Program-made: the position numbers and the translations under genes | The notes under the pieces: generated by a model | What the model was told of the DNA's origin: nothing | The model's input: the letters and a program-made list of their open reading frames with translations, nothing else | The model's database searches: none | Part shown: one piece after another, positions 50,311 to 62,902 of the stretch | How positions within the stretch are numbered: the stretch's first letter is position 1 | Layout of the letters: each line of letters begins with the position of its first letter | NCBI GenBank assembly: GCA_030264375.1 | Contig: JASCQW010000098.1 | Coordinates: forward strand, 63,890,362-63,954,361 | From: Carcharhinus longimanus | Lineage: Eukaryota | Reading direction: 5' to 3' | Length of the DNA stretch: 64,000 nt

Positions 50311-50952
50311 GTTGGGTTCAGCATTCTCCTTTCTCATAGTCAGGTCTCATGTAATACTATATTTCTCTTTAACTTCTCATTGTTTTTGCTTTAGTTTTTG
50401 CAAATTAATTGNNNNNNNNNNNNNNNNNNNNNNNNNNNNNNNNNNNNNNNNNNNNNNNNNNNNNNNNNNNNNNNNNNNNNNNNNNNNNNNNNNNNNNNNN
50501 NNNNNNNNNNNNNNNNNNNNNNNNNNNNNNNNNNNNNNNNNNNNNNNNNNNNNNNNNNNNNNNNNNNNNNNNNNNNNNNNNNNNNNNNNNNNNNNNNNNN
50601 NNNNNNNNNNNNNNNNNNNNNNNNNNNNNNNNNNNNNNNNNNNNNNNNNNNNNNNNNNNNNNNNNNNNNNNNNNNNNNNNNNNNNNNNNNNNNNNNNNNN
50701 NNNNNNNNNNNNNNNNNNNNNNNNNNNNNNNNNNNNNNNNNNNNNNNNNNNNNNNNNNNNNNNNNNNNNNNNNNNNNNNNNNNNNNNNNNNNNNNNNNNN
50801 NNNNNNNNNNNNNNNNNNNNNNNNNNNNNNNNNNNNNNNNNNNNNNNNNNNNNNNNNNNNNNNNNNNNNNNNNNNNNNNNNNNNNNNNNNNNNNNNNNNN
50901 NNNNNNNNNNNNNNNNNNNNNNNNNNNNNNNNNNNNNNNNNNNNNNNNNNNN

Positions 50953-51040
50953 NTGGCTGATCTGTCGCTGCTCAGTTCCACTTTCCCACCCTCTCCCCAT
51001 AACCCTTAATCCCCTCTCTTATCAAAAACACTCTCCTCAC
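50953..51040 (-). mobile_element. CR1 3' UTR fragment next to a gap
   Basis: TGGCTGATCTG..CCACTTTCCCACCCTCTCCCCATAACCCTTAATCCCC..ATCAAAAA. Confidence 0.65.
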
Positions 51041-51315
51041 TTCTCTGTAAATATCAGGGCCAGAGTGTTTCTCCTCATTGTAATTGAGTAACGGATCTCA
51101 GATCATCCCTACACACCTAGTTGTGTTAAGAGTGGTCTTTAATTATTTGCTTCCATCTGTGTTCAGTTAGGAATGCAAATTTGTCAAAAGTCAATGGATA
51201 GAAAAATCGAGTTCGATGAATACGATATCCCTAGTTTTTCACTTTGTCAAAATAAAAGCACTCCCGTAGTTTTTTACCTCAGTGAAATTGATTTGTGAAA
51301 ACTTTAAATATTACT

Positions 51316-51381
51316 TGTGTTTATTGATAGTAGAATGTGTGTTTATTGCTAGTAGAATGCGTGTTTATTGATAGTAGAATG
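51316..51381. repeat. 22-bp tandem repeat x3
   Basis: (TGTGTTTATTGATAGTAGAATG)x3 with single substitutions. Confidence 0.95.
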
Positions 51382-52719
51382 ATAGTATTCAGATTGTTAG
51401 TAATAAGCAGCCCTGGTTTTATCCTCCCTGTGGCATGAACACTTCTGTTATGAAAGTGACACAGCTGACTCACTACAAACAATGCCATGAGGGATGTGCT
51501 GGCAATATATCTGAAGCATGCTAAGTATGTGACTTTATCGCACTTCTCTATTACACCTCGGCATCACACTATTATATCAACCTTTTTATATTCAAATTCT
51601 TGCAGTGTAAGTTCTTCCCATTAATTTATTCAAGCTCAGTGCCACTTTCTTCCAGCTAAATGGCTAGTATGCAAATGTATTAGATGTTTCATGTTTAATA
51701 CCTGTAATTCAACCATATATGCAGCTTTCTGAGAAGAGACAATGACCCATGTGAATTAGATCACTGAACAAATTCTGTTACATTTTTGTCTTTTCCCTTC
51801 AACAAACCTACTAAAATAAGGTTTGTATCCGAAGAGGAAAACATATTTCAGAATAATGATGACATGATTACACTTCATGTTGTCTTTTGTACTTTTTGAC
51901 TAGTTTCATTAATGTATTTTTTTGGGAAGTACTACATCTGCAGCATTTATCTATTACTTTCTCAGTGCATCTCAATGTAACAGTTGGTGTTTCCTCTTGG
52001 TGTGAAAAGATTTCTTGACTTCTTCATTCATTTCAAAATAAAAATGAGAAGAAATTTTCATTTTTTTTGTGTTTAAACAATTATGGATATAGGGACTGCT
52101 CCTTTTCCACTCCTGGATAGAATTTGGTCTAAAGAGAGAAGCATTTGTGCCAAACAAATCTGCTCACTCATGTTTGTTTATGCTCACAAACACAAATCAA
52201 TATTTATTTCTTCACATAAGTTCTTTATTCAGAATTTGCCAGTGAAATTAAATTGAGTTTGAAGCTGAAATTAAATGGTAGGGTTGGACTTTGCTGACTT
52301 TTGCTGCTAATATCTTCACTCCTTCTGATTCATTATAATCCACGCCAATCATAATAAGCCTTTATTTTTGGCTCCATATGCAATAAGGGATCCTTCTCTT
52401 CAACATTTACACTGCCTGCTTCTTTGCAGTTAACTTGAAAGAAAAATACATTTACTTATTTGAAGAAGAATGCCTTTCAAGCCATGCACTTATTTATTGT
52501 TCCAGAGTCAGATGTAGAGGCAGGAATGTAGAAGATGGTTAGTTATTTTATAAAATATTGCTTGTTTATCTTCTAGGAGCAAGCCAAAAATACTTAGTAT
52601 CTGCATGCAGACTTATATGGTAGAATCTTCAGTCCTTAGTGGGTATATCACACATTGTATGAAAAACTGGCATGATACATTCACTGACTCTGAGAAGGTC
52701 TGTTCTATTGTCTGCTCAT

Positions 52720-53365
52720 CAGGTAGTTAAATGGGCATCAGTGGGCATTCCTCCAGACTGAGGACCTTGGAAGACAATCTCCTACCCTCATAGCACTGTT
52801 GACTAATCAGAGCCTGGCAGCTCTTGCACTTGGTAGCACCAGAGAGGCTGTTGGAGCAAGAGGTCTTGGAGCCCCAGGATCATAAAGTAACCCAGGAGGA
52901 AAAGCAAATGCTGCTGGGGGTGGTGGATGGGGGCGAAAGGGAGGGGGGGATCTTGCAGGGTGTTGGTTTTGGGGAGCTGAGGGCTGTGGGACTCAGCAGC
53001 AAGAGTTGGGTTGAGGGGAGGGTGATTGTCTGTCTAAAGCCACCCCCCTGTCCCATGTTCACGCACAGATTAATGCAGATGAGGGAACACCCTCCCCCAC
53101 GCTACCCCCCAAGCTGACATGCAGCCTGCATTTCTACCAGTTATGCAGGCCACACACTTGCAGGGTCACCTGCTGCTGGGAAGATTCCAGCGGATGTGGG
53201 AAAAGGGCCCTAAGTGGATGCTAATTGGCAATTGGATGACTATGAGTTTGCCCACCCAGAACTTCTGGTGGAAGAAGGAAAGCATCATGTATCAGTCCCA
53301 ATGCCCACCCACCACCTTCCTTGCCTCATGGTTAGGAGTGCAGTGGTGTGGAAAATTCCAGCCAT
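52720..53365. mobile_element. Harbinger-like non-autonomous element (right part)
   Basis: Ends in GGAAAATTCCAGCC; interior similar in style to 40-637. Confidence 0.45.
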
Positions 53366-55351
53366 AAACATACAAATCATTGCTATTAGATATAGAATTC
53401 TCTCCAGTACTCATAGGTCCGGTCCCAGTTCTGTCGAACATAGTGCTATAAAAACACTAGATTGCTCTCCCCTAATGATCCCAGATTCCACAATTCACAA
53501 TTTAGTATAGAGTCACTCTGATGCCAAACCTCATACCTTCTCTCATTGACACAAAGCTCAAATCCAGTTAGAGCTCCAATGCTAGACTATGCACCATTCC
53601 CGGTGTTGTAAAGCTGTTTAATTCCTTCCCACCGCAGTTAAACACCAGCAAAGTCCCCTCGCTGTTAAAGACTTTTTCTACTCGAAAAATAAAAGTGTTC
53701 CATCTTCCATCTCTCAACTAAGTAAGCGTAAATTTCACTAACAAAAATGGACCAGTGGGATTTGAACAACTCGTACCAATTTTCTTGCTTATGTTTAGAA
53801 ATCTTTTAATGAATCAGCCACAGATTACCAAGCGCTGATCCAGCGGGTTCATTTAAGAGCTTCAACAAATTTCAATTTTACTGTCGTCATATATGACTAT
53901 TCTACTTTAGACAGGGTAGGGCAACTTGTACAAGCTCCACTCAGCCAAGACTTGTTCTTGCAGAAATTTTAACTGGTAATTAAGTGGCTGTTACACTCAA
54001 GTACTCTTATCACCATGAAAATGGAAGTTTGATACGTGTTTAACAGGTTTCCTGATACTGGGTGACAATTAAGAGCAGATTTTATTCTATATATTACTTA
54101 GCTTCAATATTTAAATCATTCTTCCTATTGTTTAACATCCACCTTCTTTCATTAACAACATAATGTTTGCTATCAGTCATTTTGAAGAATGATTCTTTGG
54201 CCAATGTTTTAAATCATTCAAAACTCATCCACTTGCACAAAAAGTTAAAATTGGATTTTTTGTTTTTCTCTTTCTACTGTTTATCTGTTTGAATTATGCA
54301 CATTTAATGGAGATCAGTCCCTTTGTCTCTCATTTGAAATAATTGTTGTATATTTTCTTTTATTAAACCAATGGACCATAAATAATCCTGCCCTCGTCTG
54401 TACTTGACTAAACCAGACATGTTTTTGGAGACGTCAGTTTCCTCAGGCATCTACATTGTGAGATGATATTCTTTTAGAGTATGTTCAATCACTGAGTTAT
54501 GCAAAACCCTTGTTTGACGTGCCCTCTTTCTGTCTGCCTTCTCTTCTGCTTTTTTTTTGTAACATCTGAATTTTACATTTTCTAAAACCTCAGGCAGTCA
54601 GGCAATTGCTGGTGGGGAAAAGAAACTTGTGAGCAATCTGTACCACAGCAATCGTTTAAAAATTTACCTTTATTGGTGGTGGTCACCCAGCAGTCAAAGA
54701 TTTGATTGAAGCAGACTTGACTGTTCTGCTTTGTAATATTGAATATAGCAGAAAGCATCTAAAATAGGCATAAGGCCTCTCAATTTAGTAAACAAGAGTC
54801 CTAATTAGGGACCCCAGAAAACTTGTATTACCCAGTTTCAGGTTAGATATCATTCAGATATATTGGACCTGTGTGATTGGACTCCACAAATTGACCCTCA
54901 GCCATTTTAAATGGATGTATTGAGGCCCAATTTCTATTCTAATGGGTCAAATTGTTGTAAACTTCTGTGTTCTTTTAATATCAGTGCACATTCTGCTTGT
55001 AAGATGACCATTTTGCAACCAAACATATATTTTCTCTCAGCGTTGCCTTCAGGGCAGCCATCTGGAGTTATTTGCATGCTTTCAAAAGCGATGTGGCTTT
55101 GGTTTGCTACCTCGGGATGTAGAGTGCTGAAAGATTAGCTGAAAGTTTAGGTATTCAAAACTCAGCACAAGTTTTGTTCTACTTTGGGCCCTTACTTCAC
55201 ATGAACGTTGTAATAAATTAAGTCGGTCTCATTCTTAACCCTACACACTAGTTTCTATTTCTGAATTCTCTCTTTGAATGGATCCAGCATTTACACTGTT
55301 AGTCAAAGTGTTTGCTCTTTCCTCTTGTCGATTGTTCCTCTAATAGTTTGG

Positions 55352-55762
55352 AACAGTGACAGTGCATGGCTGGGGAAGCTGGAACATGGAGATTAGTGAC
55401 AAGACTCGAATAAAGCATTTGAAATGAAAGGATTTGGATAGATATTACGTGTGTCATGAGCAGCCAAGCAGACAAACTAGTGGGTGCCCAAGGAAGCTGG
55501 TGTAAAGAGCAGCTTGTCTGAGGCAGTGATATCAAGGAAGCTCAAATATTCTGGACATGTTATGTGAACAAGACGGGAGTGTTTGGAAATGAGGTAATGC
55601 AAGGCAAAACACCTGGGAAACGTGCACATGTAAGACCTAAGATGGGTGGATAATGGACTGGCCTCTCTATGGGACAGGCAGCGGAGAATACAAATCAGTG
55701 GGGAAAAATTGCTTGTAGTGCCGTCAACCCTCGGAATGAGGATGAATGAAAGACGAGACGAA
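55352..55762 (+). mobile_element. RTE-clade LINE 3' end
   Basis: Decayed AFEMKG..ILRVS*AAKQTN*WVPKEAGVKSSL..RKLKYSGHVM..LE.EVMQGKTPGKRA..RP; short tandem tail AAGACGAGACGA. Confidence 0.8.
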
Positions 55763-55794
55763 ATACCTCACTCGGTATTGGAAAGATCACCACA

Positions 55795-55950
55795 AGAAAA
55801 GAAAGGCTTCCATTTATATTGTGCCTTCTTGACCTTGGAATGTTTCAAGGTGTTTAAAGTCTTTTTCAACCAATGAAGTACTTTTAAAGTGTAGTCACTG
55901 TTGTGATGATTAAAGTGGCAGCATTAATGTGTAAAGGGTAGCAAAGTGAT
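55795..55950 (-). mobile_element. Deu-domain SINE tail fragment
   Basis: CATTTATATTGTGCCTT..CCAATGAAGTACTTTTAAAGTGTAGTCACTGTTGT. Confidence 0.65.
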
Positions 55951-56529
55951 GGCAGGAAATGGACGACAGCAGATCACCCACTTGTTGTATGCAGTGCCTG
56001 ATACTTGGTACATTGCAATCTGTGGAATTAAATATCATACCCAACATATAACAGGCAGCCAGTTCGATACTACTGTTTTACACCACTGCTCAAAGCAAAT
56101 TTCTGTCTCCAAATTCTGTAACAGCTATGCGTATTTTCTCAATGGATGTTATTTGCATGGGGCAATTGAATTCTTTCCAAGAACGAAGAAGACAGTATAG
56201 TATTGTGATAGGTAACCTAGCATTCTACCACATTTCTGAGTACATTACCAATTATCAAAGCACTTTACATTGTTGTGACCTATTCAATATAAATATCTAT
56301 TATCTCCCATTACTGACGCCTGTTCTGTCAGCTGAGGTCTGCACAGTAAACCTCAGTGACTGGATTCCCATGTTTAAACATGTTTTGTTATATTAACCCA
56401 CATCAGTGAAATTATAACAGGAATATATTTTCTGAAGCTAAGATGGTAGTCAAGGCAAAATTGTGGGCATTATTATTGCAGATAACAATGCCATCCAGTT
56501 TGATTTCACAAGACTGCAAGTCTTGGTGA

Positions 56530-56810
56530 CCAATTGCAGTACTGAGGGAGGGGGGCACTTTTCAGATTAGGTGTGAAAGCAAAGCCCCTTCTGTGCTCTC
56601 AGGTGGATGTAAAGAAGTTCATGAAGGGGAGCAGATCTCCTTTCTGGTCGTTAGCACATTACTTGTTTATGAGAACCTCCTCTGTGCACTTTGGTTGCTG
56701 TATTGTTCTGCATCACAACAGTGGCTACACTTTAAGTATGTCATTGATTTCAAAATGCTTTGGGATGTTGAGATTGTGAAAGATGAAGTATAAATACAAG
56801 TTCTTCTTCT
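56530..56810 (+). mobile_element. Deu-domain SINE, internally deleted
   Basis: TGCAGTACTGAGGGAG..CTCTCAGGTGGATGTAAAGA..ACAACAGTGGCTACACTTTAAGTA..ATGCTTTGGGATG..TATAAATACAAGTTCTT. Confidence 0.7.
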
Positions 56811-57059
56811 CTTCACACAAAATTGAAATAACGGTGCCCTTGAGCAGCTGTCCTTATCCAGATTAACAGTTTAGATAGTCCCATGAATGGTAGATCACCT
56901 GCCTTGATGTGGTTTACTGATGACTCAGATCTTCATGATGTGCATTGATTTATTTTTACATTCACAACTGAAAATGAATGGAGATTTGTTTTACGCTTTC
57001 TTTACAAGACTCCAGTGGATGACCTTTCCTATGTTCACAAAACCAAACTGCTGCACATT

Positions 57060-57175
57060 CTGAAAATAAGGAAAAAAAGCTGATGGGGCCGCCAACATTC
57101 AGCAAGTCAGACAGCATCTGTGGAGGGAAGGAAAGACAGTTAACCTTTCCTGCTGATGACCTTTTATCAGAGCTG
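57060..57175 (-). mobile_element. PLE-derived short repeat (third variant), decayed hammerhead
   Basis: On +, CAGCAAGTCAGACAGCATCTGTGGAG..AGTTAACCTTTCC..GATGACCTTTTATCAG; on -, CTGATAA AAGGTCATCAGCAG GAAA GGTT AAC. Confidence 0.62.
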
Positions 57176-57996
57176 CTTTTATGTTGGCTTCCAGTTTAGT
57201 TTTAAAAATCGCTTTAAATGTAATCATCAGAATGAAGCAAAAAGGAGAACTGCTCCTATCCACTTTATCACTGAGGAGACCGGCTGATGTGTTTGCAATT
57301 CCTCCCCTCTTCACCTGTAATCCTGATGAGAAGTTTGAAAACTGTATTTACTAGGATTATTTGCACATTAGATTGAATTTTCAAGCAGTTACACTTTAAT
57401 CTTCTCTCCTTTTGATGTCGACACTAGTGGCTGAATTATGTAGCACTTACTCCAGGTGGTAACTAGGAATTACCTTGTTGTACGTTGCTTTGTCTTGAAG
57501 TGCCTTATGATGTTTAGTGCCAGATCAGTTGTTGATGAGCCAAATGGTTCTTGGTGCTCAGTTTCACCTATGCTTAAATGTGGTTTTAATCTCATTTTTC
57601 TGATGTGGATTACTGATGAAATGATGGCTGAAGCATTCTTTCAGACATCCCATTTAAATGATCAGTGAGTAAATGTGTTTAGTCTCAAGCACTGCCGTTT
57701 GCTCAAGCATTAAGGTGTAATCCTGCAGATCAAAGAGAATAGGCTAGAAAAACTGCATTCCAATAATCTGGATAAAATTTTGTTAGAGCTAATTTTCTTG
57801 AATTTGTATCTTCTACTTGTATTTGGATGACATTCATGTCTACTTCTGCAACAACAGTCTTGACCCCTCTATTGCCTTTGCACCAGATTTTCCCAAATCT
57901 TTCTCCACTATGACCCCATTTTAATGCTTGAAAATTATCGGTGTGGCCCCAGAATGAGAATGGGAGATGAGAATGGTTATTTGTTTAGTGGGGCTT

Positions 57997-58022
57997 TGTG
58001 TATGTGTGTGTGTGTGTGTGTG
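57997..58022. repeat. (TG)n microsatellite
   Basis: Direct observation. Confidence 0.95.
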
Positions 58023-58524
58023 GGGAGGGGGGAAGGGAATGGTGGCGGGGGTGGGGGTGTGTGGAGCAAGTGCTTTTGCCCCAAATAGTTGAAGAACTCT
58101 GGGCCCTGGGAGCTAAGGGTCATGCATGTGCATTTTGTAGAGCCTGATCAATCCGGGATTGTCCTGCTATTCGCCAATGTATGCACTCAAAGTGCAATAT
58201 CAGTTCTCCATTATCAGTATGTCCAAGGAAGTTCTGATTAACCGCTCAGGGTGCCGAATTGAATGGCCAGCCAAAGTAGTAATAAGCTGTCACATTGATG
58301 AACATGAGAAAAAGTCATGTCTCAGCCAGAGTTTCTGCTCGACAGTCACTATTGCTGTCTTGGAGCTCATGGTCCCAAGAGATCAGCCCATGGTTTGGAA
58401 GTTCCTGTTCTATATAGTGTCCATGCCTAATTCCCAGATAGCAGCACTTTTATCCAGCTAAATATTGGTGAGACTAAAATCATTTTCTTTCATGCCCCAC
58501 TCCAAACCCCCTTTTCTCAATACT

Positions 58525-58888
58525 AGCCACTACTGGGCCCCTAAATTAAAAGTTCTCATTGTCATATTTAAACAGCTTTGTTGCCTCACCCTTTCCAAAT
58601 TTTTCCCCATCCCAAAACTCTCCATATCTCTGACAACAGTTTAGTGCAATCCCCCTGTTCAGCTCCAGTGTTGATCGCTGTCTCTTTTGTTGCCTGGGCT
58701 TCACACTCTGGAATTCTTTTTCTAAATCCCTGCCTTGGCCTTTCTCTCATTTTAAGATCCTCCTTAAAACTCATTTCCTTTGACCAAGCGTATATTTACC
58801 CATCCTAATTATCTCTTCATTTGGCTCAATGTCGCGTCTCTGCATCTGAAGTGTTTTGGGATATTTTTCTATAAATGCAATTGATTGC
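58525..58888 (+). mobile_element. L2 LINE 3' end
   Basis: CTCTGGAATTC..TTTAAGATCCTCCTTAAAACTCATTTCCTTTGACCAAGC..TGAAGTGTTTTGGGAT..CTATAAATGCAA. Confidence 0.7.
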
Positions 58889-59109
58889 TGAGATCAGGAA
58901 TTACAAATGCAGGTAAGTCCACCTGATGTTCAGCTGATAAATATAATTGTGAGCTTGGCAGGACCAACTGAGAGTGTCTATTACAAGAGGTCTTTAAATT
59001 AAAGAGAAAAGGTTTATAATTTCAGCGCATTTCAGTGAGAAAATGCCTTCCTATTGTACTACAAAAATGGGTGTGGCATTAACTTGTGGATTCAACCAGG
59101 ACATATACC

Positions 59110-59395
59110 TGCATAATTCACAATTGTCTAGATAGCTGTACAACTTCAAATGGTTTGAGCTTGTCTACCATCTCAAACTTACTCATAAGTGTCACCCCTT
59201 AGTCATTTCTGGAAAAAGATCCCCAGTGTGCTTCAGTTTTCATGATGAGTGGATCTCCTCAATTCTGGAGTCGCTCTTGTAAATCTTTTTTAGACATTCT
59301 CCAATGCCTCTGTGTTCTTTTATAATATGGATACCAGACAGCTCACAGTACTCCCAAGTGTGGTCTCACCAACATTGATTTAAGTTTAGCATTTT
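59110..59395 (-). mobile_element. Very old CR1 fragment
   Basis: CACAGTACTCCCAAGTGTGGTCTCACCAA reads as the reverse of LVRPHL.EYC. Confidence 0.6.
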
Positions 59396-59559
59396 TTAAC
59401 TTATGTTTTTGACATATGCTTTGAGGGGGCCAGTGGGGGCAACTGCCCTCGTGCCTCCACTAAGCAGATACCCAGGCTAAACAGCATGGTGAATGGGATG
59501 TAAGTATTAAATCACTAAAAGCAAAAACTCTCTCAGAGCAAATGAATTAGATTTTTATT

Positions 59560-59660
59560 TTGAAACAGAAACAGGAAATCCTGGAATAGCCCACATGTTA
59601 ATCAGTGATGTAAAATGAATCAAAGGTTAATATTTCAGGTATAACACAGTCATCAAGCTG
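59560..59660 (-). mobile_element. Highly decayed PLE-derived repeat with a hammerhead trace
   Basis: Minus strand TTGATGA CTGTGTTATACCT GAAA TATT AAC. Confidence 0.4.
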
Positions 59661-61379
59661 ATTACTTTACATCAGATTGTTTTAATTTTTCAGACTTACA
59701 TCACATAAAAATCTGAATTCCATGCATTGGGACTAGTGTGGCATTTTACAACAAAAAAAACTTCTTGAAATGGAACTGAGGGAGTTGTCTTTACTCGAAT
59801 ATCAGGACCCGTGAGTCCTGAACTCCAGGGCTTTCTAATGGAGCAGATGGGCAACCCTGAATCTTCCCCACTCTATTTCACCCCACCACCCTCCCAGATA
59901 AGGAATGCATAGCAATTGCCCACCTGGAAAGTTCAAATCATTGCCCTGAAATGGGAACCATCTGGAAATACAATACAAATCGCAAACTTCGGATAGTTCC
60001 GACTGTCTTACCCAGATAATGTTAGAAGAATTAAAATCACTTTAATTTCTGGGTAACTATAGTACTAAACCGCCACCTCATCCTAGGAGACTCCCTCAAA
60101 TCCCCCATGGATCCTCCAGCCATCCTCCTGGCCATCTATGCAGCCGCTGCTCCCCCCCGCACTTCCACCCTGACCAGCAAGGAAGCATGGCTTCTTCACC
60201 ATCTCTGTGGCACAAGGTCTTGGGAAGCTGCTACACAACACTATTCACACCTGGTCAGAGTCAGAAGGTTGCATGAGAAAAGAGCACCTCATTTCCAGAT
60301 AAGTAGGAGCAAAGTGACCAACGGACTCTGATTGCCACACCACATGGGCAGATTTCAGGATAAATCTTGGATTGTAAATAATAAGCAGACACTTATATAT
60401 CACACCATATGTCAGGGAGCAAACAAGATGAATGGTGAGCATTGGCCAGGTGAAATGAAGAAGATACATGGGGCAAGATGGAGACTGGAGTTTTTAGCTG
60501 GCTTCTAAAGCTGTGAAGTGACTGGTGAAGCAAGCTGGCTTTTGTAGACAATTCCATTGAATGGAGGAATTTTAATTCCGCTATTAATCTTTAATAGTGG
60601 ACAAGAGAGAGTGGAGAATTATCGGTAATCTTGAATCAATAGAGCTTTCCAAATAATGTGTTGTGGCATTCCCTCTAGTGAGAGCTAACCTCCTAATTTG
60701 ATTTTCATTGACATATGTTTCTGCCAACAGAAATACTACATCATTACTTTCAACCAGCAGTATCTGCTTTGAGAATACATGATGTCCATAGGATAAACAA
60801 TTGGTTCTGGCCGAACCTTCAAGGGTTGAACCCAAAGTGCGCACTCAGTGGAGTTCTGGTGCTTCAAGCAAACAGCTTCAAGTTGAATCACAAACTTTAA
60901 AATCCTGCAACCATGTACTGTCTCTGGCTAAAATGGCAGCCAGAATAGGTCACTACAGAGGCCAAGTGATTTATTCTAGAACGTGAAAGACTCTAATTCC
61001 AAGTACATAACAGATTTAATGGCATCAACTACTATTTATTACCGTGTTTTAATGAAAATTACTAGCAACTTATACCTATGCAATGTGTGCCATATGGTTG
61101 GATGAGAAACAACTCTTTGTATAGACTTGTCAGTCTGAGTTCTCATTCTTTTGCATGGGATATTGATGAATTTAAATAGGACTGTTTTCTCTGAGCCCTG
61201 TTTAAATGTTATTGCTTTATTTACATTGATGAAGACATTCACATTTACATTCATTTGTTCCATCTCTTGCTGTTTTATGCATCACTAGATCATTTGGAAA
61301 AATCCAAACTCCACTTGGCCTTTCAAAAAATCTCTATTTGAACCATTGACTTCTACGAGAAAAAGCAAATGTTTGACAT

Positions 61380-61625
61380 TTAAGAACATAAAAATACAAG
61401 AACTAAGAGTAGGAGTGGACCATTCAATTCCACAAGCATGCACTGCCAGTCAATTTTTCACCTTGGCTACACCTTCCCATGCTATCTCCATGTCCCACAT
61501 TCCCGATACTCTCTGACTTGTAAATGCTCAGCCATTTAATACCTCTATGTTTGAGATAAAGAATTCCAATGAGTCGCCACTCTTTGACTGAAGACATTTC
61601 TCTTCTCATCTGAAATGTCCCAACC
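61380..61625 (-). mobile_element. CR1 3' end
   Basis: AAGAACTAAGAGTAGGAGTGGACCATTC; FQMRREMSSVKEWRLIGIL is a decayed version of EMRRNFF.QRV..LWN.L. Confidence 0.75.
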
Positions 61626-61977
61626 TTATGCAGGCTTTTTTGATTGTGTACCCCAAATCGCATTTACCAACATTTTGCATATCCATACAGACAGTTTCCT
61701 TTTTAACTACCTTCTAATGACCACACATCTTGTAAAATATAATAATACAATTCCTGTTGCGCCCCCCTCCCCCACCATCATTCAACCAAACCCTCTTCCC
61801 TACCACTCACTCACTCAACAACTCACTTCTCAACACTTATCACCTATCATTCACTCAGCAGTCCCTCCTCCCACGTCGCTACCCCCTCCACACTCACTCT
61901 TTTGTATCTTCTTGTGAGAGAGTTCCACCAGGGTAATGGTCTTGGCCAGGCAGGTCCTGTCCACTCAATAGTCCATG

Positions 61978-62622
61978 CTAATTTCCAGACTAAACAGCAT
62001 CGTTCCATCTCAGAGTCTGAACTTTACCTTTGATGGCTTAATTTTCAGGTCACTGTCTTGAGCAATTTCACACAAGGATACAACACTCATGATGTGCCAC
62101 CAGTGTCTTTCTGACACTGCATATTTACTAATTTTCTCCTTCTGCAGTCATCACCAATGGTCACAAAACAGTTTTTATCTTGAAACTTGATGACAACAAC
62201 TTACTCAACTCAGTGATTCATCAAAGTCATTGTCCCACATTTCTCCAGCTCTCATCTTTACAGGATTGATTTTCTTCTTTCCAGCAAAATGCATGCATCA
62301 AAGTGGGTCAACTACTTGCACTTAGAGCACTGATTTTGCCAGGCTGAACAGGCTTCTTTTTCTCTTATTATCCAATACTCTGGCCTTGATCTTTCTGCTG
62401 GCCTTTCTGTAAATTGTCCTTTGTTTTCATTGTTGGTTTCTGCTTGTAAGGTTCAACAATGTGCAAAACTTCATCAGTTCTTCTGTCAATACTCTCCACT
62501 TGATGATCAACCACCTCAGAACTTATGTACATGTCAATAGTTTCCTTGATAGTCTTTCTCTTCCTTCAGCAGGGGTGCTTTCACAGCACGATTTCTTGTT
62601 CCTAAGACGATCCTGTGTAATG
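61978..62622 (-). mobile_element. Ty3/Gypsy LTR retrotransposon gag-protease relic
   Basis: Minus strand: HRIVLG..VKAPLLKE/TIKETIDM..SSE (Gag), CSAWQNQCSKCK*LTHFDAC (zinc knuckle, 62291-62352), VNMQCQKDTGG (aspartic protease site, 62094-62107) and KIKPSKVKFRL*DGT. Confidence 0.82.
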
Positions 62623-62624
62623 AG

Positions 62625-62902
62625 ATAGAAACATAGAATCTCTACATTGCAGATGGTGTCTTCATCGCGTCTGCACTGACCACTGCTAATCCCCTAACAT
62701 TAACGTCAATTTAGCATGGCCAATCAATCTAACCTGCATATCTTTGGACTGTGAGAGGAAACCAAAGCTTTTGAAGAAAAATCATGCAGACACGAGGAGA
62801 ATGTGCAAACTCCACATTGACAGTGACCCAAGGCCAGAATTGAACCTGGGTCTTTGATGCTTGGAAGCAGCAGCGCTAACCACTGTGCCACCATGCTGCC
62901 CT
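62625..62902 (-). mobile_element. HE1 SINE
   Basis: Reverse complement begins GGGCAGCATGGTGGCACAGTGGTTAGCGCTGCTG..CAGGTTCAATTC; tail TTCTATGTTTCTAT. Confidence 0.9.

Noticed and set aside
57318-57359. TAATC CTGATGA GAAGTTT GAAA...CTA GGATTA as an intact hammerhead
   Set aside because: Stem II is only two weak pairs, stem III does not pair and stem I is out of register by one base; likely chance.
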